A stretch of 64,000 bases of DNA from an uncultured Chloroflexia bacterium (GTDB taxonomy: Bacteria > Chloroflexota > Chloroflexia > QHBQ01 > JADMIH01): contig CAWCNY010000001.1 in assembly GCA_963797095.1 (NCBI GenBank), positions 128,001-192,000 of the forward strand, in the 5' to 3' direction. Shown piece after piece: positions 19,854 through 31,405 of this stretch. The translations under genes and the position numbers were made by a program. Position 1 is the stretch's first letter; every line of letters starts with the position of its first letter. The notes under the pieces are model-generated. The model saw only the letters and a program-made list of their open reading frames with translations, was not told the origin of the DNA and ran no database searches.

Positions 19854-20439
19854 CTAATCCTGCTTGAACAGAACAGAGTTGGGAAGCTTGCGTGCCCCGT
19901 ATCCTGACATATCCGCCAATGCTACAATTTTGGCAATCTGCCCCCTCGTAGCCGAGTTTGCAGGTCCAAACGTGCCAACTCCATACCCGTCCACTATTCC
20001 CTGGGCGTGAGCGGTTTCTATGTACTGGTAGAAAGTGCTACCTGTTGGTGCATCAGTGAATGTGGGAGAGGGAGGGTCGTGGAGAGGCCAGCCCCACGCC
20101 AGCGCCACAATCTTGCTCATCTGTCCTCTTGTTGTGGTGGCGTAGGGTCTGTACGTGCTATCAGGGTACCCGCTCACCGCTCCTCGGCAGTACAGATACT
20201 GCACTCCTTCGTAGAAGTAGTCGGAGGGAGATACATCCGTGAACGGCAGCACACAGATAGTAGCTACAGGTGTTGAGCTAGGTATGGCGGTGGCTGTGGG
20301 GCTGGGTGCGGTAGCCGTTTCTGTACCTGTAGCTGTGGTTGTCGGGATAAGAGTTTGTGTACGAGTGGGTATGTTGTGAGTATTCGGGGTATTGGAAGGG
20401 GCACCAAGAGGCGTGGAGGTGGAGGCCGGTATAGAACTT
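19854..20439 (-). pseudogene. C-terminal fragment of an SLH-domain protein
   Basis: T/P linker then 'FTDVSPSDYFY..VSGYPD..TRGQMSKIV'; no N-terminus or signal peptide. Confidence 0.7.
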
Positions 20440-20506
20440 GGTGGAGGATTTGGAGCGGGTAGCCGAGGCGCTCGGAGGCGGCAGCTATCTGGAGGGTGCA
20501 GCCGGG
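20440..20506 (-). repeat. Displaced copy of the glcF 3' region; direct repeat of 62772-62838 (att-like)
   Basis: 59/67 identical by hand alignment, with a perfect 23-bp core GCTATCTGGAGGGTGCAGCCGGG. Encodes PGCTLQIAAASERLG. Confidence 0.85.
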
Positions 20507-21611
20507 CCGGAACATGTCGTCGCGTGCCACGAAGTTGGGGACGGTGCGGGGGGCTAGCAGTTCCCATCCCCCAAACAGCGCGTTGGCGATGATCGGCGGA
20601 TCGGCGTCTCTCAGGTGATAGAAGAGAACAAGGGCAGCGCGCGAGTGCGTAAAGTTATCGAGTCCCCGCACTTTCACTCTGTATCTGAGGCTGCTGTTGG
20701 ACTTGTGGTTCGGCGGCAGCGCCACCACCGACTTGAACGCCCGCGCCTGGGGCGACCAGATCAGCTTCTTCGCCACCGTGATCGTAGTGGGCTTTGAGGA
20801 AGTGGGCGAGGCATTCAGCCGGGATCTGATCGGCGGCTTGAGCTGGGCGCTTGGAGCAAGCATTACTGCGGGCGTGCTGGTAGCGTACCACCTCACGACG
20901 ATGATAGGCGACCAGCGGGCCAGAGTGCTTGTGCCCTTGCCCATATGTATACCGAGCGTGGGCGAGCCTGTGGAGGAAGTTGGGCCGAAGGCCGTGCCTG
21001 AGTTTGGGCCAATAGAGGTAGATGGAGCAGAGGCAGCGATCCTGTTGCTGCGCGGCAAGCATTCCGCCGACGTAGCTCGGGCATCGCAGCGTTGCAAGAG
21101 CAGCTACCTGATGATTTCAGCCTCGATGTGCTCCCCGTCCCAGGCATTACTCCAGCCGAACTGGCTGCATGGCTCGCCCTCCGCCAGCCCGAACTGAACG
21201 CTGGCCCAACCTATCCCTCTCCTACGCCTCCTATGCCTCCTACCCCCGCGGCCGCGGTGCCTACCAGAATGTAGGAGGCGGTACTCATCGGCGGCACGAT
21301 GAGCACCAGTTGGCCCGTGTCGCTGCGGCACCAGTGCTAGTAGAGCCATCGTGCGAAATGCAGGCGGCGGTCGTCATCAGGCCATTCGGTCAGGTCTAAC
21401 GCTGCTTCGCCTCAATGAGCGCTTCGACCTCGCCGGATGCAAACCCCTCGTGTACCAGATAGTGGATCATCGACAAGCGCTCACGCCGCACCTCAAGCCC
21501 AGCGTGCGCCCCAAGCTCGATCTTGTGGCCATCCCTGTTGCTTTCTCTGGCGCCTTTCCTGCTGCTCTTCGTGAAACCACCTGAACATCTCATGCCTCCT
21601 GGGGGCCTTAC

Positions 21612-22058
21612 CTACACACCTATCTCTGGTGCCGGGGTATATTCATCGCTGGAGTGCTGAAGCGGACGCGATTGCCCAATACGCGACTGTTGTGCAGCGT
21701 GTTGAACATCAACGCCGTCGGGCTGATAGCTCTGGGCGATTGCCACGTTATCTATGCCTTCGTCCCCATAGAGGAACCAGGCGACCGTACGCGCCTCCAC
21801 GATCGAGATAGGTGATAGCGCCTCGATTGGCCCGGTGTACCTGGAACGTTGAAGCCATCCCCCTGGCACGGCTGGGGCAGTGTAAAGCTCGCCATCCGTA
21901 GCTAGCGCGACCCATTCGAGAATGAAAGGCTCCGCAGTATCGAGGAAGACGAGGGGAGCTGGAGCGGTTCGAAATTGCCCTTCGTAGCACCCATCGCATC
22001 CGTAACATCCGTAGCACCCGTAATATTCGTGATATTCGCGATATGCCAGCATCGACAT
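21612..22058 (-). CDS. Hypothetical protein with 9-nt periodic N-terminus (YREYHEYYGCYGCYGCDGC)
   Basis: Strong RBS AGGAGGAG before ATG 22058. Confidence 0.5.
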   Translation of the reverse strand: MSMLAYREYHEYYGCYGCYGCDGCYEGQFRTAPAPLVFLDTAEPFILEWVALATDGELYTAPAVPGGWLQRSRYTGPIEALSPISIVEARTVAWFLYGDEGIDNVAIAQSYQPDGVDVQHAAQQSRIGQSRPLQHSSDEYTPAPEIGV

Positions 22059-23229
22059 AGGGCTCCTCCTTTCCTTATGTGGTGGGCTCCCATGAGCGAA
22101 TGAGTCATGTGCCCGCATCTGTGGTTACCCAGCCTGCTGCGTCGAGGGAATGAGAGAGGATAAGCTGGCCAATTCGGCCGGGGCTAAGGTAAGGGAGCGA
22201 AAGCGCGAGAGGAGCGGATGATGCCAGCAGCAAAGCCCGCATGCCCGTAAGGGTTCTTCGGCAGTACTTCTTACCTCGCATCTGCAAAGTAGGTACTGAA
22301 CCGGTATTTGAGAGTGTAGCTGATGGAGGTGGCAAATGGCGTAAAAAGAGGTTGCAGGCTGGTGAATAAGCGCGCCCACCGACGTGATGGTGCCAGGAAT
22401 TTGCAGACGCCGCGCTCTAGCCCGCCTGATGCAACAACGGGTAGCTGGGCCAGCGCGCTTGAGGATAATTGGGAGTGAGAGAACTTCGAGTTCAGCCTTT
22501 CACGATCCGGTAATATACCCGGGGGGGTTTGTGGGCCAGGTACATTATCGTGGACCGGGCCAACCGGCGTACAGGAGCGGCCGAGACTATTTTACGGTGC
22601 CGCTACTATTCGCAAGCGTGGCGGAAGCCAAAGCATCCGCTGTGGGTTATGAAGAGGCCAAGTCAAAGCCGGCCTGCGTGTCGCGCACATTGGAGGCTCG
22701 GCAAAAGCGGTCGAAGAGCTGCGATTGCTGCGATTGCTGCCCTTTGGCTATACCCAGGCCATAGTCGCACACCGAGTTCACGGCGTATGGGGAAGACGCC
22801 CCTACACGAGGAGGTCAGTGCTGACCTCGATCCTGCCAAGGAAGCCGCTCGGAGTGGCAATTACAGCAGAACAAATGCTCGCCGGCCAAAGTTGAAACTG
22901 CACGGACTTTCCTTTTCCCGCCGCGATTATTTTAAGCTCAACTTTTACCTATTTACACCTTGTTCGTCACCTCTGTGCGCTAGGATGGATGGTACAAAGC
23001 GGTCGTGCGCTGGCTCTAAGCCGACCAATCTGCACAGTTCGCGGTGTGGGGCAACCAGCCCGGACAGTCCGGACTGTCCGGACTGTCCGATTCTGCCACA
23101 AGCGCTTTCTTGCGTTATTAGTTCGCGCTAATGCGTTCGCATCGGAGCGACATCGACATCTCACCAGCGGGAGGTAACACCGATGCGAACCCTGAGAGCG
23201 TCAAATCCAGACGGGTAATTGGTGGTCGT

Positions 23230-24546
23230 ATGATTGTATCCGGTTTGATAACGCCCGGGCGGGATACGCAAGGACGCCCTGTCGAATCGGCGCGGCATGT
23301 TTGGATACTCCACTACACATGCGCCCCGATCATCGGCGGTGTTGAGAGCGTCATGTCCGAGCATGCTCGTGTAATATCATCCCACGGCCACAGTGTAAAT
23401 CTGATCGCGGGTCGTGGCGCGCCGCAGATCATGATACCCGAGATCAACTCGCTCCATCCGTCTGTGCTGGCCGCGCAGAACGATCTCGCCTCAGGGCTGG
23501 TAACGCCCGAGTTTGAATTGTTGCGCGCTCGAATACGAGGCGTGCTGGCCGCGAAGCTGTCTGCTATCGATGCGCCCGTAGCGCCGGTGGTGTTCGCACA
23601 CAATGTCTTCACGCTGCACAAGAACCTGGCGCTTACTGCTGCCCTGGCCGACCTGGCCAGGGAGGGACGAGCGCAGTTTGTCGCATGGTGCCACGACCTG
23701 GCGTGGACCAACCCCCTCTATCTCTCCGCCCTTCACGAGGGGTTGCCCTGGGATCTGTTGCGGACCCCCTGCCCGGGTGTCGAGTATGTGACGATCTCTG
23801 ACACGCGCAGGCTGGAGTTGGCCGACCTGTTCGGATGGCCGCCGGAGCGGATCAGGTGCGTACCAAATGGGCTGGACGCGACCAGATTCCTGTCGGCGAG
23901 CCAGCAGATGCGCCTGTTGCTCAGGCGCATCGATTGGTGGGAGCGCGACGTGGTGCTGCTGGCTCCTGTGCGCATGACGCAGCGCAAGAACCTGGAGCTT
24001 GCCATTGGCGTGGCGGCCGCCCTGAAAGCGGCGGGGCGCCGTCCTCTGCTGCTGATCACAGGCCCGCCGGGACCCCACAACCCGCGCCACGACTACGCTG
24101 CGTTTCTCTGGGACGTGCGCCAGCGCCTGGGCTTGGAAGACGAGGTGCGCTTCCTCTCAAAGGGATCGTGGCTTCTGAACGGCGTTAGCGACGAGCTTAT
24201 GGGCGAGCTTTACAGGTGGGCTGATGCGCTCATCTTCCCGAGCCTGCAAGAGGGGTTCGGGCTGCCGCTACTGGAGGCGGGGCTGGCCCGGTTGCCCGTG
24301 TTTTGCAGCGACCTGCCGGTGCTGCGCGAGATAGGCGGAGAGGACGTGCACTATTTCGCCCCGGACGCATCGCCCGATTCCGTTGCCTGCCAGGTGCAGA
24401 CGGTACTCGCTGCCCCAGGTGTGGCGGCCTTGCGCCGTCGTGTACTGAGAGAATACCGATGGGAGGAGATCTATCGGGAGGGATTGCAGCCGTTCTTGAG
24501 CCAGGAGGGAGGGGCCGTACATGACAAGTGTTCTACTGTTGCTTGA
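23230..24546 (+). CDS. GT4 glycosyltransferase (resembles mannosylglucosylglycerate synthase-type enzymes)
   Basis: 'ILHYT..PIIGGVE', 'WCHDLAW', 'RKNLE', 'FPSLQEGFGLPLLEA'. Start uncertain (23131 or 23230). Confidence 0.85.
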   Translation: MIVSGLITPGRDTQGRPVESARHVWILHYTCAPIIGGVESVMSEHARVISSHGHSVNLIAGRGAPQIMIPEINSLHPSVLAAQNDLASGLVTPEFELLRARIRGVLAAKLSAIDAPVAPVVFAHNVFTLHKNLALTAALADLAREGRAQFVAWCHDLAWTNPLYLSALHEGLPWDLLRTPCPGVEYVTISDTRRLELADLFGWPPERIRCVPNGLDATRFLSASQQMRLLLRRIDWWERDVVLLAPVRMTQRKNLELAIGVAAALKAAGRRPLLLITGPPGPHNPRHDYAAFLWDVRQRLGLEDEVRFLSKGSWLLNGVSDELMGELYRWADALIFPSLQEGFGLPLLEAGLARLPVFCSDLPVLREIGGEDVHYFAPDASPDSVACQVQTVLAAPGVAALRRRVLREYRWEEIYREGLQPFLSQEGGAVHDKCSTVA

Positions 24547-26799
24547 CAGCATCGCGCGTAGTGGGTTAGTGTCCCTCGACGTAAGCGCAATCGACAGCTA
24601 TGAGGTCCATGGGAACCGCACGAACGACGCATGCAGCGTAAGCGCTCCCGGCGCGTTCGGACTCCTGCTTGACCTGGCATGCTCGCTGGCCGCGGATTTG
24701 GGCGCCAATGTGAGGGTGCTCTCGGTGATCGAAGCGCAGGCAAACGAGTCGCTCAGCATGAGCGCCCTGGCCGCGCAGCATCGCCGCCAGCAGATCGTAA
24801 GCTGGATACGCACAACCGCCCGGGCTCTCAACGAACAGTGGGCAACTACCGATAGGAGGGGGGCAACCGGGACCCCGACGGAAGAGGAGCGCGAAGCCCA
24901 GAGTGAGCGTGGAGAAAAGGGCGAGGGAAAGGGCGAGGATGGACCCTCGGAAAATGTCCGGGGCGAGTCGGGAAGCCCGCTGCTACCGGACATCCAGCCC
25001 CTGGTGAGCGTCAGCGCCGCAGGTAGCTACCGGCGCGAGGTAGCCGAGGCGATACGACGACACGATGGACGCTTGCTCGTGTCAGCCTGGGGAGAGGAGG
25101 GGGCTACCGCCGGCGGTTCAGCCAACGGCTCAGCCTTTATGCAGAGCGAATTCCCTTGCGATATCGTTATGGTACGGCCCGCGAAATGCGACTCGGAAGG
25201 CAAGAGCGAGGGGAGGAACGAGGCAATCCGTGGCAATGGCAGTTGCGCCGGGGATGGGCAGGAGGTGCGGCACCTCGGGCAGGCGCGGATACTGGTACCT
25301 GCCCGCGGCGGCCCGCACGCGGGCCTGGCTGTGCGGGTAGCGGCCTCGCTGGAGAGCCACCGGGGTGGCGAACTTGCCTTGCTACACGTCTTGGAACAGG
25401 ATCTGCCCGAACGACAGCGTCTGCGGGAGGAACGGCCATTCCGAGCGATGCTGGAGCAGGCCAACCTGCCTGCAGATACGCCGCAGTTGTGGGCGGTGGG
25501 CCGGTCCATCCCAGGTGCTATTCTCCAGCACGCACGTAACTTCGATGTGCTGGTTTTGGGTGCTCCCACCGTGCTGCTCGGCGACAAACGGACCCTTGGG
25601 CCCGTCGTTTCGGCAGTGCTCAAGAGAGCCAGCGTGACCGTCATGGTAGTGAACACGGCCACACCTGCCGAGGCTGCTATTCGGTCTCAATTGCGGAGTC
25701 GTGCGTTCGACCGTGACCTCGACCCTGAGGCCTTGTCGATGGTGGTGGATAAGTGGTTCGCGGAGAACAACTTCAACGCCGAAGAGTACTCCGATCTTGA
25801 GCGCCTGCTTGAGTGGAAACGGCAGCGCAGGCTCACCATCAGCCTGGGCCTTCCCACCCTGAACGAGGAGGCCACAATCGGCGGCGTGATAACCGCGCTG
25901 AAAGGTGCACTCTTCGATGATGTGCCGCTCCTGGACGAGCTCGTGGTGATAGACAGTCGGTCCACCGACCGCACCAGGGAGATCGCGCAATCGCTCGGGG
26001 TACCTGTCGTGGTTCACCAGGATATTCTGCGGGAGGCGGGGCCGCCTCTGCGCGGCAAAGGTGAGGCGCTCTGGAAGAGCCTGCATGTGCTCAAAGGAGA
26101 CCTCATCGCCTGGGTTTATACCGACGTTTCGAATATGCACCCCAGGTTCGTTTACGGGTTGCTTGGACCATTGCTGCAGGAGCCTCGCCTGGCCTATGTG
26201 AAAGGCTACTACCACCGGCCACTTGTGGTCGGGGACAAGCTGGAGCTCGAGGGCGGAGGCAGGGTTACGGAGCTAACGGTGCGCCCCCTGTTCAACCTCT
26301 TCTTCCCTATGCTCTCCGGTTTCGTGCAGCCGCTGGCCGGCGAGTATGCAGGGAGGCGCGACGTACTGGAGAGGCTGCCTTTTTCAGCGGCTACGGTGTG
26401 GAGACCGGCCTGTTGATAGACCTGCTCGAAGAGTACGGCCTGTCGACCATCGGGCAGGTCAACCTTGGCGAGCGGGTGCACCGGAACCAGAGCCTGCCCA
26501 ACCTGAGCCTGATGGCATTCGCGCTCGTGCAGGTGATCCTCAGCCGTTTGGAGGAGCAGGCGCGCGTGAGCCTGATCGAGGAAGTGAACAGGAGCATGAA
26601 GCTCATTCGCTTTGCGCCCAACCAACTCTCGCTCGAACTACGCTACGTCTCGGACGTTGAGCGCCCACCGATCCATACCATCTCCGCATACCGCAAGGCC
26701 ATGGCTGCCCACAGGCTACAGCGGTCGCAGGGTGCCGCCCCGGTTGAGACCGGGCTGCGCCGAGATCTGCCCGCTCGGCGCAACTCCGTAGTGACGTGA
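24521..26799 (+). pseudogene. gpgS: USP-domain fused glucosyl-3-phosphoglycerate synthase, frameshifted near 26383
   Basis: 'LPTLNEEATIG', 'GKGEALWKS', 'GGRVTEL', 'QPLAGEYAG'. Adding one T restores 'FFSGYGVETGLL'. Two USP-like segments are N-terminal; the DxD site reads YTD. Confidence 0.85.
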
Positions 26800-27649
26800 T
26801 CATAGCATGTTGGGCACTGGGCTATGAATTGGATATCGAAAGGAGTGCATGAAAATGAAAGGTAACGAGAAGCTGCTAACGGTGCTCAACCATCTGCTGG
26901 CCGATGAGCTAACTGCCATCAGCCAGCAGATGGTGCACTCAGAGATGTGCGAGAGTTGGGGCTACGGCAAACTGCACGAAGCCATTGAGCACCAGGCTAT
27001 CGACGAGATGCACCATGCCGAATGGCTTATCCAGCGCATCATCTTCCTGGAGGGCACCCCCGTCGTGTCCCAACTCAACCCGATACAGATCGGTAAGAGT
27101 GTGGCGGAATTTATCGGCAATGACACTGAAGCTGAAGTGGGGGCGGTGCGCGCCTACAATGCGGCCATCCGGCTGGCACGTGAGGCCGAAGACCAGGCTA
27201 CCGCTGACTTGCTAATCACAATCCTCAAGATGGAAGAGGGTCATCTGGACTGGGGGGAGAAGCAGCGGGCCCAAATCGAGCAGATGGGACTTGAGAGCTA
27301 CCTGAGCACCCAGCTGACGTAGCGGCGCGACCCCGGCGGCGCTTACTACCTGGCCACCGTCATCCCCCGGCGCAACCGAATGGTTCTATGTGCCGAGGTG
27401 CGCCCGCACTAAGGAGGGTTACGGGCCGTGCGCGCCATACGCCGGGACCGGCATCCTGGGAATACCACGCCACCTGCGCCTGTTGGAATGGATCCCCGAG
27501 CCGGTCCTGAAGTTAGGCTTTCGCCTCTGCTTCGACGCTTACCGCATGGCATGGCAGCCCGCAGGCTACAGCGGTCGCAGGGTGCTACCCCGGTTGAGAC
27601 CGGACCACGCTGGGACTTGCCGGCCCGGAGCCACTCCATCGTGAGGTAA
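26701..27649 (+). repeat. 99-bp imperfect direct repeats (26701-26799 and 27551-27649) flanking bfr
   Basis: First 53 bp 49/53 identical; both encode MAAxRLQRSQGAxPVETGxRxDLPAR..*; both are followed by 'atcgaaaggagtg'. Confidence 0.85.
26849..27322 (+). CDS. bfr: Bacterioferritin
   Basis: 'MKGNEK..LN.LLADELTAI.Q', 'IDEM.HAE.LI.RI.FLEG', 'EEGHLDW..QIEQMGLE.YL'. Confidence 0.92.
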   Translation: MKMKGNEKLLTVLNHLLADELTAISQQMVHSEMCESWGYGKLHEAIEHQAIDEMHHAEWLIQRIIFLEGTPVVSQLNPIQIGKSVAEFIGNDTEAEVGAVRAYNAAIRLAREAEDQATADLLITILKMEEGHLDWGEKQRAQIEQMGLESYLSTQLT

Positions 27650-27757
27650 CTCTGGCATGTCGACCTGGGAATCGAAAGGAGTGAATTGGTCACCGAGTAG
27701 GCGTGAAGTGAAGGGGCCGCATTGTGGCAGTGAGAGTCTCAGAAGAGAAAGGTAAAG

Positions 27758-30700
27758 GTGCCTGAATTGCCTGCTAGATCCGACCATACCGGTACATCCG
27801 CCGCGACAGAGGCGTCCGGTGCCCGCTCGGCCAGGCAGGCAGTGGAGTGGCACGCTATAGAGGCTGCCGAAGCCCTGCGAAAGCTGGAGAGCGAGCCGCA
27901 TCAGGGGCTAACCGAGGAGGAAGCCGGTCGCCGGCGCGCGGAACATGGGCCGAACGAACTGGTCGAGCGCGAGGGCAAGAGTCCGTGGCTCATGTTGTGG
28001 GAGGAGCTCACCGCCACCATGGTGCTCATTCTTATTGCCGCCGCTGCCGTATCGGGGCTGCTGGGCGACTACAAGGACGCTGGAGTGATCGCCGCTATCG
28101 TAGTGATAAACGCGCTGCTCGGCTTCAGCCAGGAGTACCGTGCCGAGAAGGCGGTGGCCGCGCTCAAGCGCCTGGCAGTGCCCATGGTGAGGGCGCGCCG
28201 AGGCGGCACGGTGCGGGAGATCCAGGCGAGAGAGCTGGTGCCCGGCGATATAGTGCTGCTGGAGGCAGGCGGGCTGGTGCCCGCCGATTGCCGTCTGCTG
28301 GAGAGCAACAGCCTACGCGCCCAGGAATCCGTGCTTACCGGCGAGTCCGAACCCGTGGAAAAGGTGGTCGAGCCGCTCCCTACGGATACGGGTGTAGATA
28401 TCCCCATCCCTGACAGGCTGAACATGGTGTACATGGGCACGGTCGTCACGTATGGTCGTGGGCTAGGGGTGATCACCGCGACGGGTATGGAGACCGAGCT
28501 TGGCAGGATCGCCTCTATGATTCAGGTCGTTCGGCGCGAAGCCACCCCCCTCCAGCGCAGGCTGGACCAGCTTGGGAAATGGTTGGTGCTTGCGGCTCTT
28601 GCCGTGGTCGCAGCGATTTTCGTGCTGGGCCTGCTGCGGGGCGAGGAGGCGCACCTGATGTTTCTCACCGCAGTGAGCATCGCGGTGGCCGCTGTGCCCG
28701 AGGGTCTTCCCGCTGTGGTAACGGTGGCGCTGGCGCTTGGCGCGCAGAGGATGCTGAAGCGCAACGCTCTCATCCGTAAGCTCCCAGCAGTCGAGACGCT
28801 AGGCTCGGTAACCGCCATTTGCTCCGACAAGACGGGCACTCTCACCGAGAACCGCATGACTGTGGTGGTGCTCGACGTGGCGGGCGACCATCTGGACTTA
28901 ACCGAAAATCAGAGTGGTGAGCAAGAATGGCAGGAGTGGCAGCAACAGGTATCTGAGCGGCCATCCCTGGCTCTCCTCGTTGCGGCGAGCGCGCTCTGTA
29001 GCGATGCCGAACTGAGGCCGGAACCGGGGGGCGAAGAGCCTGGCGCAATGCGCGCCATCGGCGACCCGACCGAGGGGGCTCTGGTGGTGGCCGCGGCCCG
29101 CCTGGGTCTTTCAAAAACAGCCCTGGAAGAGTTGCTCCCTCGCAAGGCCGAGATACCTTTCGACTCGCATCGCAAACGGATGACTACTCTGCATGAGCTT
29201 GCGCTCTCGCCCGGCGAAAACACCACGGGAGCTCGGATGCTCAAACCTCTCCGCGTGCTTATCACCATCCACGACGGTCGCAATAACGGCCGCCACCATA
29301 CAGCGAGCGCACACGAAGCCGAAAGCCCTACCCCTTATGTGGCGTTCACCAAAGGAGCAATCGACAGCCTGCTGGGCATCTCCACCAGGGTGTGGGTCGG
29401 GGATGGAGCAGTGACTTTGACCGATGATTGGCGCTTGAGGATAGTTGAGGCTCATGACCGCCTCGCAGGCAGCGGCAGACGCGTGCTGGGAGTGGCCGTC
29501 AGACCTGTTGATTCGCTTGCCGAGTGCGGCATAAGATCGGTGGGTGGAAGGGTGGAGGTAGCGGCGCCCGATTGCATGGAGTGCGACCTGATATTCCTGG
29601 GGCTGGTGGGGATGGTGGACCCTCCAAGGCCCGAGGTGAAGGAGGCGGTGCGGATATGCAAGGAGGCCGGGGTGCACGTATTTATGCTCACCGGCGACCA
29701 CCCTCTCACCGCCGAGTACATAGCTCAGCAGCTGGGCATAACGGGGATCGCCAGCGCTGTGCCGGGCGCCGATATTGGCGCGCATGAAAGCCCGCGCACG
29801 ATTGGTAATGTGGCCCTGGCTCAAACAAGTACTAGAGGCCCTGAGGGCACGGAGGGCAGCGGGAGCACCGGCAGAAGCACGGCGATTAACGCAGGCGCCG
29901 GGGGTCGCCTGGCAACCGGGCAAGACCTCAGCAATCTTACTGCGGACGATCTATCAGGGGTGGTCGAGCAGGTGCCGGTATACGCTCGAATCTCGCCTGA
30001 GCACAAACTCAGGATTGTTGAAGCGCTACAGAACCACGGGCAGATAGTGGCTATGACCGGGGACGGTGTAAACGATGCGCCCGCCTTGAGGAAAGCCGAT
30101 ATCGGAGTGGCGATGGGAGTTACGGGCACCGATGTGTGCAAAGAGACGGCCGATATGGTGTTGCTTGACGACAACTTCGCCACAATTGTGGCGGCGGTCA
30201 GGGAGGGGCGAGCCATATACGACAACATCCGCAAGTTTATACGGTACATCCTCACCGGCAACTCCGGCGAGTTGTGGGTGATGCTCCTCGCGCCGCTGAT
30301 AGGCATGCCTCTGCCTTTGCTTCCGCTGCAGATACTCTGGGTCAACCTGGTCACCGATGGGCTGCCCGCGCTCGCCCTCGGGGTGGAGCCCGCGGAGCAA
30401 GATGTCATGCGCCGCTCACCCTACCCGCCGAGCGAGAGCATTCTGAGCCGCGGGATGGGCTGGCAGATCCTGGGCAACGGGCTGCTGGTCGGGCTGGTGT
30501 CGCTAGGTGCCGGCTACTGGTACTGGCGAAGCGCACAACCCGAGTGGCAGACGATGACCTTTACCGTGCTCACCTTCGCGCAGCTGGCACTGGCGTTGGC
30601 GTTCCGCTCGGAGCGGTACTCCCTGTTTCGGATAGGGCTGTTTTCAAACATGCTGTTGCTCGCCGCAGTCGCGCTGACGTTTATCCTTCAGCTCGCGGTG

Positions 30701-30853
30701 GTGTACCTGCCGTTCCTCCAAGACCTGTTCGATAGTGTGCCGCTAAGCCCCCTTGAGCTGGCACTGTGTCTGCTGCTGGGGCTGGCCGTGTTCATCAGCG
30801 TAGAGATGGAGAAATGGCTGATGCGCAGGGCGCGAGTTCGCCAGGCACAATAA
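27758..30853 (+). CDS. Cation-transporting P-type ATPase (P2A, Ca2+-type)
   Basis: 'LTGES', 'VPEGL', 'DKTGTLT', '[11 protein letters not shown]', 'WVNLVTD'. Confidence 0.95.
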   Translation: MPELPARSDHTGTSAATEASGARSARQAVEWHAIEAAEALRKLESEPHQGLTEEEAGRRRAEHGPNELVEREGKSPWLMLWEELTATMVLILIAAAAVSGLLGDYKDAGVIAAIVVINALLGFSQEYRAEKAVAALKRLAVPMVRARRGGTVREIQARELVPGDIVLLEAGGLVPADCRLLESNSLRAQESVLTGESEPVEKVVEPLPTDTGVDIPIPDRLNMVYMGTVVTYGRGLGVITATGMETELGRIASMIQVVRREATPLQRRLDQLGKWLVLAALAVVAAIFVLGLLRGEEAHLMFLTAVSIAVAAVPEGLPAVVTVALALGAQRMLKRNALIRKLPAVETLGSVTAICSDKTGTLTENRMTVVVLDVAGDHLDLTENQSGEQEWQEWQQQVSERPSLALLVAASALCSDAELRPEPGGEEPGAMRAIGDPTEGALVVAAARLGLSKTALEELLPRKAEIPFDSHRKRMTTLHELALSPGENTTGARMLKPLRVLITIHDGRNNGRHHTASAHEAESPTPYVAFTKGAIDSLLGISTRVWVGDGAVTLTDDWRLRIVEAHDRLAGSGRRVLGVAVRPVDSLAECGIRSVGGRVEVAAPDCMECDLIFLGLVGMVDPPRPEVKEAVRICKEAGVHVFMLTGDHPLTAEYIAQQLGITGIASAVPGADIGAHESPRTIGNVALAQTSTRGPEGTEGSGSTGRSTAINAGAGGRLATGQDLSNLTADDLSGVVEQVPVYARISPEHKLRIVEALQNHGQIVAMTGDGVNDAPALRKADIGVAMGVTGTDVCKETADMVLLDDNFATIVAAVREGRAIYDNIRKFIRYILTGNSGELWVMLLAPLIGMPLPLLPLQILWVNLVTDGLPALALGVEPAEQDVMRRSPYPPSESILSRGMGWQILGNGLLVGLVSLGAGYWYWRSAQPEWQTMTFTVLTFAQLALALAFRSERYSLFRIGLFSNMLLLAAVALTFILQLAVVYLPFLQDLFDSVPLSPLELALCLLLGLAVFISVEMEKWLMRRARVRQAQ

Positions 30854-30894
30854 GGGCGAAAAGGGCGAAAAGCACTAGAGGAAATGGTATCCGG

Positions 30895-31298
30895 ATGATT
30901 GTTTGGCTCGAATTCCTCCTCTGTACAGCCGTCGTAGTGGTTGCGGTCAGTATGCTTTGGCGATACGGTGATGTTATCGCCGAGAAGAGCGGGCTGGGCA
31001 GGATATGGGTAGGGGTGCTGCTCATAGCTTCAGTTACCTCACTTCCCGGATTGATCAGGGGCATAAGCTCGGCCGACATGTTCGACCTGCCCGATATGGC
31101 AGCGGGTGGCGTGCCGGGCAGCAAGTTGTTCAACGTTGCGATAGTTGGGATAGAGGACATGGTGTACTTGAAAGGTGCTGTGGTCCAGTAGATAATAAAC
31201 CAGAGCCACGCGGTGACGGCAATGGCCGCCATGATGATGACCGCCATCGTGATTCCAGGGCTGATCTACAGGAGGAGTGGCAGGGTGCTCGTGATTGA
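30895..31298 (+). pseudogene. Na+/Ca2+ antiporter (CaCA) remnant with a large internal deletion
   Basis: 'YGDVIAEKSGLG..WVGV.L.A..TSLP' joined directly to the second-repeat 'GS.LFNVAI.GI.D' segment, then a stop. Confidence 0.75.
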
Positions 31299-31405
31299 CT
31301 GGGAGTGGTTGGGAATGGCTCCGAGTTCCGAGTTTTGGCCAATGTCGTGTTGCTAGTGGCGGAGTGAGACGTGGCCCGGCTGTGACCTGCTGGAAGGAAG
31401 CGCAT

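Noticed and set aside
20264-21097. 277-aa ORF as a real gene
   Set aside because: Chimeric read-through across the glcF duplicate with no coherent domain.
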